NCBI GenBank assembly: GCA_046563655.1
Contig: CM102285.1
Location: 15,066,001-15,130,000 of the forward strand
Length of the DNA: 64,000 bases
Origin: Yuukianura sp. NJ FZ-2021
Lineage: Eukaryota
Direction: 5' to 3'
How positions within the stretch are numbered: the stretch's first letter is position 1; each line of letters opens with the position of its first letter. Below, piece after piece: positions 36,133 through 48,800 of the stretch. The position numbers and the translations under genes are program-made. The notes under the pieces were generated by a model. That model did no database searches. It worked only from the letters and a program-made list of their open reading frames with translations, and was not told where the DNA came from.

Positions 36133-38915
36133 TTACTCCTCTTCCTTGAGACTTGCTCCCTGGAACTGGAGGATGATGACCTCGTAGGTCACGAGGGCAC
36201 TTATGAGGGTCACCATGAAGCTTTTGCTGATCAAGAAGTACCCACACCCAGAAATACCCACGGGGTGGGTCACCAACTGAGACACGAACCGACCAATCTA
36301 CAATTCAAAACTAATTAACTCACAACTAATTAACTAATTAATCTACATTAAGTTTTTTTGAATCTTACAACTAATATGCGACATTTGCTGTCTGATTCAT
36401 CTATGGATGAAGGCCAGTTGTGAATTAATTTCAATCCTTCCTGGGCCTTGAATAAGTAGTAATTTTTTCAAAAAATTGTATCTGAATTTGAAAATTTTGA
36501 AATTTTTCTCATTTTTTGAACCTGTTCATGGAGTCTTGCAGCCAAGTAGGATGGTGCCAGTATTTTAATGAGGACTTGGTACGTGAAGGCATAAATACTC
36601 TCAATCCGAACCAGAGCTGTCTCGTCATTAAGATCCTCAAATTGTAATTAGTTTAAATGATTAATTAACTGTTAAATTAAAAACATATTTTTAGTTAATT
36701 TTAAGTTACGTCTGCAAGTCCTGTGTAGAGTCGTGTAAAAAGGTAGGCAACATTTGCTACGTAGGTCAACAGAAACAGTGGAGAGAAAATGTTGTTGCAG
36801 AGCTGGCAACATTTTCAAAAAATTAAGTTTTTTCAAAATTGTTAAATTCAATTTTTTTTTAAACCTGGACTAAATGTGAAATTTCACGGTGGTCGCAGCG
36901 CAACTCCTCTATTTTCTCGAGCGACAACGTGCTCCAAGTACGTTTGCTTTTGATGACATTGTTGAGTCGCTGGAAAAAACGACCGAAGATAACGGAGACC
37001 AAGGCCAGCAAAATGTCAGCGTAGCCCCACCCAAGGTCACAGAAAAACTCCTAACAACATTTTCAAAATTATTTTAGTTTTCTCAAAATTTCAGTTTCCA
37101 CTTTTTTCAAGTTTTTCAAAGGAGCCTTGCCCCAAAGCAAAAGAAGAACCCAGTATATGAACTGCCGCGTCCTCCAATCAAGTCACTGTCGTAGAATTTC
37201 AAAAAATCTGCAAAGGATTTAGTGCGGGACCTCGCCGCTGAAAAACGAAGTCAAGGTCAACAGAGGTCAAACGACAAAATGATAATGTCAAAGGTCAAAT
37301 TTTGTTACCGACTGACGCCATGAAGAGTGCATTGCCCAGAATCTGCGCAAACGCAAAGAAGAACATGATGAGGAAGCAGTCACGGGCGAGATTGTCGTTC
37401 GTAGGGTGTTGAAGTAGATGTTTTCTGGTCACTTTTTCGGCTCTTTTGCAGGCGACTAAAAAGTGGGGTAGTTCGTTGACCTTCCAGGTCATGTACATGC
37501 TGTTGGCCAAAGTGTGGCCATAGTAGATGGTGCTGTGCAGGAATTTTATCACTCCTTTCGTACTGTCAGCCTTCCGAACTTGTCTAATCGTGTTTCCCAC
37601 CATGATGACCTATTAGTTGAGTTAGTAGAAGATCATTAGCGCGAAAATCATAACCGCGAATTCGACAAGTTGGCAAAAGCGGATCTAAACTATTGGTTCC
37701 AAAGGTTCGCAATGTTGGCAACAATGGAACTAAATGGCTTTTACTTTTTTTTTTTATAGAAATTTTATAAATTCCAAAAAATTGTTTTTTTACAACACCA
37801 TCACACCTCCTAACTTTCTACAGAAGGATTTTTGGAAAAAGTCAAGATTAGGCTAACAAAACAAATTCACTAAGGTGCATTTTCCTTTTTTATGGAAATT
37901 TAAAAAATTCCAAAAAATTGTTTTTTTACAACACCATCACACCTTCTAACTTTCTACAGAAGGATTTTTGGAAAAAGTCAGGATTAGGCTAACAAATTCA
38001 CTAAAGTGCATTTTCCTTTTTTATGGAAATTTAAAAAATTCCAAAGTATTGATTTTTAAAAACACCATCACACCTTCTAACTTTCTACAGAAGGACTTTT
38101 GGAAAAAGTCAGGATTAGGCTAACAAATTCACTAAAGTGCATTTTCCTTTTTTATGGAAATTTAAAAAATTCCAAAATATTGATTTTTAAAAACACCATC
38201 ACACCTTCTAACTTTCTACAGAAGGACTTTTGGAAAAAGTCAGGATTAGGCTAACAAATTCACTAAAGTGCATTTTCCTTTTTTATGGAAATTTAAAAAA
38301 TTCCAAAAAATTGATTTTTAAAAACACCATCACACCATCTAACTTTCTACAGAAGGACTTTTGGAAAAAGTCAGGATTAGGCTAACAAATTCACTAAAGT
38401 GCATTTTCCTTTTTTATGGAAATTTAAAAAATTCCAAAAAATTGATTTTTAAAAACACCATCACACCTTCTAACTTTCTACAGAAGGACTTTTGGAAAAA
38501 GTCAGAATTAGGCTAACAAATTTACTAAAGGTGAGTGAACTTTAAAAGTTGGACTAACCTGGATTGTGAGAGCTATCCAAGTACAAATCCAAGATGCATG
38601 GTAGTACTTCTGGACAACCAATCCATTTCCCTGTCTCGTGATTGGACACATTCCGATGACCCGTTGCAGTCTGATGAATGGCCACAAACATCGCAGTGAC
38701 TCCGTCGTTTCTTCCTCTTCCGATGCTACTTTAGTACTGAAAAGTTCAAATCGTGAAAGATGTTCCAAATTTTTAGACAATTTTCGAATTGGGAAAGAGT
38801 TCAAATCCGTTTTCGAAAAGATGCGGGCATTGTTTTCCGCGGAGACTTTGTCTGATACGATTGCGCCCATGAAAGTGTGCCAGAGGTGTCGTGGATCCAG
38901 GGCTACGATCTTCAT
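36133..38915 (-). CDS. Gustatory receptor family (7tm_7) chemoreceptor, ~466 aa
   Basis: Exons 38915-38559, 37609-37309, 37237-37131, 37050-36865, 36802-36710, 36635-36522, 36446-36369, 36297-36133. RVIGMCP near TM1; C-terminal ISGCGYFLISKSFMVTLISALVTYEVIILQF carries the GR TYxxxxxQF signature; short phase-0 3' exons. Confidence 0.9.
37629..37725 (+). mobile_element. Truncated copy of the 59101-59280 MITE family
   Basis: GATCATTAGCGCGAAAATCATAACCGCGAATTCGACAAGTTGGCAA resembles the left end of the 59101 element. Confidence 0.6.
37739..38530. repeat. Tandem satellite, ~6 copies of a 131-bp unit, in GR intron 1
   Basis: ACACCATC anchor at 37795, 37931, 38062, 38193, 38324 and 38455; units near-identical. 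Confidence 0.97.
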
Positions 38916-39822
38916 ACTCCACTAAAAAGTGAGTATTTGCTCTAAAAAGTACTTTTGAAAAGTAGTGACCTTTGACCTTGACCTTGGTGAAATTGAGGGC
39001 GAGGTCAACAGAATCAACTTTCTCCAACCAAGTTCCAGAAAGTACTGACATGATTCATTTTGACGTGCGAGTGAAAGTGGCGTCTGTTTTGAATGGACTG
39101 GAAATTACAATTTCCAAGGCTCCATTTATCATCCGCAGTTCTTTATGGCACTGAAGGGCTCCTATTTCCTAATCAAATATCGACATCTAGGTTTTAGCCT
39201 AACAAAAACCTAACGTTAGGCTAGCATTAGCCTAACAAAAACTTCCAACTCCAATGTAACTCTGACTAAAAACATAAAACATTTTTTATTGAAACAAAAA
39301 GTAAATTGAAGGTACACAAAAAAGTAGTGAAAGCTGCAACATTAAACAGCGATAAAATCGTCTACATTTTGTTTTCACTTTCAAAACAACTAAAAACAAT
39401 TGTGTGTTTTGTTGAATTTTCCAATTTGATTTTACGATTTCGCTTTCACCAAAATATTTGTCCTAAAATATAAAATATTTCACAATTTTGAATTGTAAAA
39501 ATGATTTTTATTTTATTTTAGAAAACTTTCCGTATTTTTGGGCCGAACTCAAAAGTAAAATTTTCAGACGCAAGATGTCTTCTGCGCTGTTTTTTTAAGA
39601 AATCAGCTTTCTCTGAAACTTTATCAAAAGTTTGAGGAGAAAGGAGGGTGAAAAGCGCTTTCTCTTTGAACCTGTTGTTTAGTAGGGTTGGAGAAATTCC
39701 TGCAGAACTTCAGTTGCTCTTTGGATCCAGCAGCGGAAGGATCCCTACTTAATAAGTTAGCTCCAAAAGTTCACTTTTTAATCATGACCAAGTGACCAAA
39801 GGTCAACTGAGGTCAGCTCGGA

Positions 39823-42800
39823 ATGAATCCGCAACTCTACTTTTGCTTGACCTTTGACATCCTCCTCCTCCTCTCCCTCCTCCTCCCCTTTGTGGGATCT
39901 CGTAGTTTGGAACTGGACGAAAACACAACGACTCCAGATGAAATTTCCACTGGGGGTGAGGATTCTGTTGACCTTGACCCCTGCTCTCTCCTCCAAGCAA
40001 CTCACACAACACATGCCCAAGTGCCACTCTTGTCCATTCAGCATCCACTCTTCAATGTCTCAAATTCAGTTGTGCCCGGAATCACCTACCAAGGTAAAAC
40101 TTTATCTTTTCTAGCTAAAACTTTCACTTTTCTAACTTCAAATTGCACTTTTCCATCTAAAAATTTCAATTTTCTATCTAAAAATTTCACTTTTGTAGCT
40201 AAAAAGTTCACAAATTTCAAATTTTGGAAGGTTTAGAACATAATGTGACCTTTGGATTGCGATGATGAACCTTGTGGGTTAACTTCGAAGTGAACCCATT
40301 ACCCCTCGTATTGACCCGTACAATTAACCCATGGAATCAGTTGAGGGAATTGAGGCTGTCGATGGAAGGGGGCATGATTAATTGATAGCCTCCTGTCCAA
40401 TTTCCATCTTCCAAATTATTCATTTCGTTTTCAAAAAAAAGTTGGAATGTGTTTTTTATGGTTTCCGGGAGAAAGTGAAGCACCTGGGAAAGAGGACAGG
40501 AGAAAATGCGAGTCTGAACAGACAATTGACAGGAATGAATCGATTTCCACTTTCACCCATTTTTATGAACACTTCATCAAAATCCAAACGCTCCCGCCCT
40601 CTTTCTCCTCACTCCACCTCTTTTTCTAATTATTATTTCAAAACACACAAACTAGCACACAACTTAACGTTAGTTTAAAGTTTTCCACTAACGTTACTTT
40701 CCCTGTGTAAGAAAAAGAAAGAAATTTGAACCAATAGGAAATATTTTGGTGTTCAGCGTTTCAACCAATAGGAAATTCCTAATTGATTCCTAAACTCAGG
40801 AACCAGTAGGAAATTTTGATTTCTAAACGCAGGAATCAATAGGAAACGTTAGATTCCTGAATGCAGGAACGAATAGGAAAAGTTTTCATTTATTTTTAAT
40901 TTTGTGCGCTTTTTGTGCTACGGGAGGGTTTGTGCTTATGAAATATTCAGACGCTGAGATGGAATTGGGAGGAAATTGGTGAAAATTGTGAAAGTTGGAC
41001 TGGAGTTGGAGTGGATTTGGTACATTCACATCTAGTAGTGACTGTACTGTTTGTGCTTCTGCGCACTAACGTTGTTTTTCAGTGAAAGTAGTCTTGGGAG
41101 AAAGTCGGTGGTTTAGTTAGAGTGATCGCATGAGAGATTAGCGTTATCAGAGACCATCATCACACTACTTTACCACCACTGCACAATACACACACTTCTC
41201 TTTCTTTTCTCTTCCTACTTTTACACCAACTTTACTTCTAATCAAATTTCAAACAGTCTTTACCAACTTTTTCAAAACAAAAAACAACTCAACATGCTTT
41301 TTCATTAAATGCAAACAAAACAACCAAGAAGAAAAATCGGACAAAGCAAAGTCTTTCTCTTTTAAGAATTTGAATGCCACTGAGAGATTTCACAACTTAC
41401 CTTAAAAATGAAAAGTTTAGTTAGGTATGTCTGCTTCATTATCTAAAAAATCCTTTCTCTGTGTAACTCAATAGATGCTTACGTTCATTTCTTTGAAAAA
41501 CTGTTTTTTATTTTTTTCGTTTTTCTTTTTTTGAAAAAGTAAGATTTTTGTTGTTATTTAGTGGCTTTGGGCAACTAATAAATAAAGTTGCCCTAAAAGA
41601 ATGAAATCTCCTTGCGACGCCACTTTTTCTTCATTTCCCCGCAGAATCCTTTGTTTCTTCGCTTTTTCTGTCACGAGCTTCTCAGAATTTAAATTCCTTA
41701 AAAAAAAGTCCTTGACGCCAGAACGCCTTAAAACAAAAGCCGTTTTGGAGAAAGTAAAAGACAAAAAGAAGAGTTTTAGACAAAGACGCTCATCAAGGCT
41801 TAAGGCCCTCTACAAACATCTTTTAAGTACTCTTCTTCGTCTTTTTCAAAAAACTAAACAAAAGTTCAAACAATTCACAAAGTCCTCCATTTTGAAAACT
41901 CCCGCTGCAATTCATTTACCTGGGAGAAAGTAGAGCTTACTGTTTAGTGGCATGTCGTGTCTCCTGTCTCCTCTTCCAACCACACCATTTTTCATTCACT
42001 TTCTCTCATTTTTCTTTTCTTGTCAACAAAAACTTTGTTCTGAATTCCAAATGAGGAAAAGTAACAAATTTGGCTTTCCCCCAATTTTCAAACAAAAATT
42101 GACACAAACAATTCATGCTCTCAAAAACTTTCTCTTTTTAGTTCAACAACAGAACGTATGTTTCCAAAAAGAACAAAAGTACTTCAAAAGCTTTTGCTTT
42201 TTAGTATTTTCTGTTCAGTTTTGGTTATTGATTGCTCCAGGAACAAAAAGTATCCCACACGCAATGAACGCCAAACTAACGAACAGCACAAAAGGCTGCT
42301 CCAATTATTTGCATCGCTGCTTTCACTTTCAGCGTTTCAGCGTCACAAAAACTCTCTTTTCAAAAATGCTTTCAAAAGCAGCTCACAATGTTGTGATTGT
42401 TCCGTTCCTGTTCCTCCTGCCACTACTGTCCAAACTAAAAATCAATGAAAATAAAAAGTTAACCTAGGTAAAAACTAGGCAAAGTGAAAACCTAAGGTAA
42501 AAATACGTAAAGTGAAAAAAACTAAGGTAAAAAGTGAATGATTTATGAAAGTTGGAGAGTGTTGCACTAACAAGCGAACGGTGGATCTAATGAGGCTACT
42601 TCTGAAGTAGAGGCTGTTGAGTGGAGCGATTTGGCCAATGTGGGACGCATGGCTGCCCACAGTGGCCAAATCGCTGAAAACGCTTCAAGAAACCATGTCA
42701 GGGGAAAACTAATGACTCACTTTCTAAAAAAAGAGACACGGAAAGGCAGGGGATGGACAGACTTTAGCTCATGTTTCTCCATGTTATTTTTAGAACTGAC

Positions 42801-45800
42801 ACAAAAATGAACAAAAAAAAAGTTATTAACCTATGCACACAGTAGGGAGTTATTGATCTGGGAAATTATGGGGGGAGGAAAGGAGCATAATGCACAAATA
42901 TGAAAAGTTACGTCAATTCACAGTTATGAAATAACAACAATAATTGTGAAACTGAATTTCTGTTTATTACTGAACTCTGGAATTTCGAAAAAGAAAAAAA
43001 GAAATTTTTCAAAGATTTCATTGAGTATTCTCACAAATCACCAAAAATTGCAATAAATGGTCCAATTGGGCCACTATTTCGCATTTTTTGGAAGAGAGAA
43101 AAAAGTGTAAGAATTCTGATCCGAAAATCAATTGCAAGAAATTATTCACGGTGGAACAGTTTCAGAGAAAGTTTTCTTTTCATACTTGAGTTGTTTAGTT
43201 TGAGTGACCTGTCTATCTTGAGAGGTCATTTGGAGTTTAATTAGTAAAGTAGTTATTGAGGTCATTCAGAGGAGACACGCAATCCACCACCTTAACAAAA
43301 AAAATCAATTGAGACGTTCCTCATTCGACATGCCACAGACAGACAAAAAGTATATCTTCAAAAAAAATTCATTCAAATTCCCAATTCAAAATGTGGCAAA
43401 TCATAATTTCTTGAAGTGGAAATAGTTTTAAAATAGCAAAATCCAAAAAATGAAACCATCTTTAAAACTTTCCCGCCGGGTGAAATTTTTGGAAGTTGCG
43501 CAACATTTGTATTAATACTTTGCAATAGTTTCCACTACCTCCAAGTGCCCTTAGTCTGGATTGTAAACTACCTTAACCTAAACTGTAACTTTTGGTTGAC
43601 CTTTGCAGTGACCTTTGACCTGGGAGTTGAGTATTCGTTTGTGTTGGAGTTCTGGGTGAATTTGGCTGGATCCAACGACGACGTTCGTCACCACACTTAC
43701 CCCCCACCCCCCAATTTCAAAAAACGAAGACACCAGAGAGACAGGAGAGACAGTCAGTGGATGGAAGTATCTCCTGCTTTTTCAAAAAATACACCAACTC
43801 CATGCTCCAGAAATGCCTTCGGAGGAACTCAGAATGAATCGACCTCTGCTGGGTCAAAGGTCAAGGTCACCTTCAACTGGTTCCTCACAGCAAACCCAGT
43901 CGCACCATCCACTTCACCATACGTTGTCTTCAGGTAACAAAAAAACTTTTAACGTCAAAATACGAAAAACTTCAACTTTCAAAACTAAAACACCAAAAAA
44001 CTTTCAAAATTAAAGAAAAACGGAAAAATTACTCCGAAAAATGAACTCGTTTGACCAAGTTTTTAAGCAAGAGTAAAATAAAAGTTCTTCTATTTTTTAT
44101 TCAAAAAGTGTTTTTAGAAAACTAGCCGTTTCAAATTTTGCAAAGAGAAAGTGTGAAATTGGATCCGTTTGAAAAGAGAAAGTTGTTTAGAAGGCGCGGT
44201 ATGTTTGGTGTTGTCCAGAAGTCGGAGTGTGTCCAGCACAAGGCGGGTGTTTTGGTTGAGCTGCCACTTTCTCTTTGTTTACTCAAGAAACGTGTAACTT
44301 AATTAAGTTAATGCATTCGGAAGGAGTACAAACTTCATAATGAGTTCCGTCTTCTAAAAAGCCGGGCCGGGAATCGATCCCGTAACTTTCTCTTTTGAAA
44401 CAGGAACTTACTCCACTAGGCTGTGTCCATTACACACACCTGTTTGGCTCTTCAAATACACTTTACAAAGTCACTTTCAAATGCTGCTCGCGCTGTCGCT
44501 CACGCTCCAGGCGTTTCGCTCTTTAAACTTGATCAAACAAAGGAGCGCTTCCGCTCCGTCTGTTTAAATGAAAAATTTATAAACTAATTTTACTCAACTC
44601 CTTAGGTTCGAGATCTGGTAAAAAGGGCTGCCTAATATTTTAGATAAAAATATAATAATAATATTTAATATTAATTAACATAATTTCGAAAATTTTACTC
44701 TAGTGGATAAGCACCGATTTTTTTCAAATTTTTTTTGTGAACACCCTATGGACCCCTGACAACGAAAATATAATTTTTTTTGAGGGGTCTCAAAAAAAAA
44801 TATTTTTTCGAAATTTTGAAAAAAAAAATTCGAAATTTTTTTTTGTCTCCGATTTGGCTCAAAATTGGTTTTTAGACTAATTTAGGTGTGCTAAACACGA
44901 ATATGAAAGAATTTTTGTTCTAGGATGTAAGACAAATAAGTTGCGCAATTTCTTAAGAAATCGTACTATGAGAAACGTAAGGGCAACTTATACCTAAAGT
45001 TTGCGTATGGGCATCAGTGATGCCATAAAACTTGGTACTGAAAGTAATAATCACTATTGTGAATCTAACCAAACCTAACAACGCGCCTTCGGCGCGGGAA
45101 AATACAACTTGATCTAACTAGAATGAAAGAGTAAATAAGGCTGCCTGTTTGAACCCAACCTACCTCAGCCACCTAACCTATCTAACCTCGTAGAAGGAAT
45201 AGCTTTAAAAATTCGTAACTTTTTTGTGTTACATTTTAGAACAAAAATTCTTTCATATTCGTGTTTAGCACACTTGAATTAGTCTAAAAACCAATTTTGA
45301 GCCAAATCGGAGACAAAAAAAAATTTCGAATTTTTTTTTTCAAAATTTCGAAAAAATATTTTTTTTTGAGACCCCTCAAAAAAAATTATATTTTCGTTGT
45401 CAGGGGTCCATAGGGTGTTCACAAAAAAAATTTGAAAAAAATCGGTGCTTATCCACTACTCTACACTTATACCTTTTTTTTTATACAAAATTTAATAATT
45501 TTTTAAGAAAGATGCTTGTTCTAGGTTGAGATTCAAGAACAGTGCAGTTCCCAGGTCTTCCGTCTTTGAGCAAATTCTGACCATCAAAGTTGCCTCAGGT
45601 AAATCCAAAATTTCAAAATTTCAAAAGAAATCAAAAACCTTGAAATTTTTTTTTCAAAATTTGGAAAACCATTTCAGAATGTGAGTTGGTTGTGCTTTTG
45701 GAGGAAAGTGAAAGGAAGGAATTGACATTAAGTTCCCTGTGGAATTCCCAAGCTGAAAACAATGGGCTCAACTGTTCCATTTCCATCGAACCTCCTGCTG

Positions 45801-48800
45801 GATTTGGACTCAAGGCGCGTCTGTCCAGCCTCAGTGTCTATGGAATACGTGACCTTTGCAAAGGGCGCTTCCTCTCCCTCCAACCCCCACAAACCCCCCA
45901 ACCCCCCACTGCCCCCCTCCCACCCACTACGGAACTAGTCAAGTACTGTGGCAAAATAGAAGACTACACACAGCAACACAAACTTCTCACTTTCCCCTCA
46001 GCTCAACTTCCGCTCCTCAACGAGTCTCAAACCACGCCAATACGCGCTCTGGGCGCGACTTTGAAAATCGTTCTTCCCGGCTACATCAAACCACGGGAGA
46101 CATTTAGCATTGACCTCAGTACGCTCAGTCCCTGTGAACAAGTGAAACTCTTTGACCTCTCCGGATATCTGAGTTATCAGAGGAAAAGTCACTCCGGAGA
46201 AAGTCTTTGTTCCATTATCATCCACGTTCCCTATGGAAATACCATCAGTGCTCAACTTACAGTGTCTACGCCCTCAAGGTCAGTGACCTTTGACCCCTCG
46301 AGGTCAGTGACCTTTGACCCCTCGGGGTCAACTGACCCTAGTAGATCAATGACCTCTGAGAGAACTGTGACTTTTGAAAGTGAAAGTTCAACGGATGACG
46401 GTGAAAATGTGATTTTAGACGGAGATGAAAATTCGAAAGAGTTCGAATGTATTTTAAAAAGTCGGAAGTCTTCGGCAGGATCTTCGGAGACCGAAGACGC
46501 ATATTTTCCTATTCGGATCGAAGATGTTGAAAATCATTCTTTTTCCAGCGGTGAAAGTGAAACGCACCATAGAATTTTTTGTTTGACCCGCCGCGCTGAA
46601 AGCGATGGTTCTCAATCGCTGGAGAGACGCTGGAAGTCTCTTGGGAATAGAATGAAACTAACTTTCACACTAAATTCAAATTTTCCTGGATTTGAACTGA
46701 CTTATTTGAGTGAAAGTGTGGCTGACTTAAGGCGGGAGTGTGACGAAGGGTGGGTCCATGTCAGTGACAGTGGATGTGTTCTGCTGGTGGAGCGTGGTGG
46801 GACGTGGATTGAAGCAGAAGAAGAATGTCAAGGTCACGGGGGTCATCTCGTCACAGTCAAAAGCGATTTGGTTCAAAGGCAGCTCCAGGAAATCATTATC
46901 CACAGGTAAGGAAAAGCATGAAGTCGGAAAGACGTCAAAGGCAGGAGCAGCAGCGGGAGTTTCAAAATTAGACACATTTTAATGATCTGTCAAAAAAAGA
47001 AAACTTTTGAAAAAAATCGTAAATTTTTAGATTTCAGAATTCTACAGAGGCTATTTAAAGTTTAAGTGCCTTTTTGATTCAAATTTTGGAGAAAATGACG
47101 TAAAAGAGCGCTTTCTCCCTTGAGCCGCCCACAGGCACGGCTCGCAAGATGCCAAACTTTTAGTGTTTTCTTCGATTAGTTCAAAACAGCTTTTTCACAA
47201 AAAAAAACTTTTTTGGTCAAAATTTTGAAAAAAATTGACTGTAAGTTAACAATGGTCCGCTCGCTTGCACACGTTTTACTTTAGGAAAAAAATTTAGGAA
47301 AAAAGTTTTCAAAAGCACAAGAAAACTTTCACCAAAGAAAAAAGTTTCACTAAAATTTTTAGCAAAAATTGTCAAAAATTCGACACTTTTCGTGCGAAAC
47401 CTTCAACTTTTTTTTCACTGCTCTTTCATACTTTTTTCAAAAACGAAATGAAAAACCATGTTTCTAAAGAGCACAAAAAATCGTTAATGGGTTCGCATTA
47501 GTATTCGGAAGAGACGACGCGCTGCGTGAGCGCTTAGCTTCAAACGTGTGCTTCCGCTCCCGCTCCGCTGGACCTTAAATGTTAAATTTCGGTGAGTTAC
47601 AACATTTTGACAGAAATTGATGAGATTGTTAGCGTTTTCTGTGCTCTTCCGTTCCAAATTGTGCAACTTGTGCGCAAAAGCACACATCGGAACAGAATTC
47701 CAGTTTTTACTGCTACTTTTTCCTCAAAGTCACGTTTTGTCTTAGTCAATTTCGAGCTGAAAGGATTTCGAAGTACAATTTTTTATCCCCTCCTCAGCTT
47801 CCCAGGTTTTTTGAAAACTTAGTTTCAGGAGAGAAAGTAAGAAAATGCCCGCGATTTCCTGAGCTAAGCTACCCGGGTTTTAGTTTTTTTGAGAAGTAAA
47901 AGTAGGTTGTAGTACTGAATATCCCATGGATTTTTTCTGAGCAGAAGAAAGCGGATCAGATGAATGATTCATCCGTGCTTTCACTTTTTCTGAAACACGA
48001 GAAAAGCAGAGTAAGAAAAAAGTAAAGCTTAAGACGCAGTTCGTGTTCCTCTATGCTTCGAATTTCAAACCAAAACTAGCCCCAATTTCATCTTTTCTCT
48101 ACTTTTACTTTCGTCAAAAAAAAAAAGCAGAGCTTTTGGCAAACGTCAATTTAGTATGTGATTGATTCTGCTGAATTTTGGTTTTTCTGCAACAAAACAA
48201 AAGTTTTGTTAGAAAGAAAAAAGGTAGGAAAAAATTGAAACTAAACTTATAATTGGTGGGAACATAGCCAATTTTTATCAATTTTGTATGAAATGTTGCA
48301 TTGAATTGTAAATTTTTTTGACACAGGTCATAACTTGACCTGAAACTAAATTTTTCTCTAACTTTTTCATGTTTTCTGTTTTTTGTAGTGGAAGTTGGGA
48401 GAGCGGGAGAGCTTATTGGATTGGAGCTAATGATCGTGAGGCAGAAGGAAAGTTCCAGTGGACCAGTGGTCTCCCCTTCATCTTCTCAAGTAAACCTTCA
48501 CTTTTCTACTTTCTACTTTCACTTTTTCACTTTTTAGTTTCTCTTGTTTCAGATGATTAGTCTTGATTCAATTAGCACAACACTTAAGCTCTAGTTACCT
48601 CACGCGTAACATTTAAAAAAGAGTTACAAACAAAAATCAAGTTACAAAGTTTTGTAGCAACTTTACCATCTACGCCGCAAAATCTTAACTAAACCGTAAC
48701 TTTCCATTTTTTCAACAAATTTTTCATACGCTCATATTTTCTGTTCAGTCAGTGTCAGATTCAGTTAAAATTTAGAGTCTGTGCTTGCGTGCCATATAGA

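Noticed and set aside
37739..38530. CRISPR array
   Set aside because: Whole 131-bp units repeat with no unique spacers; eukaryotic intron; no cas genes.
40237..40380. Exon 2 of the CUB/lectin gene
   Set aside because: In-frame TGA about nine codons after the acceptor; exon 1 joins 43609 in frame instead.
41558..42669. ORFs of 96-171 aa in the first intron of the CUB gene
   Set aside because: Low-complexity AT-driven composition, no domain signal.
45082..45121. Helitron 3' end (GC hairpin followed by CTAG)
   Set aside because: Spacing is longer than typical, CTAG is followed by A rather than T, and no 5' TC end was identified; treated as part of the foldback core.
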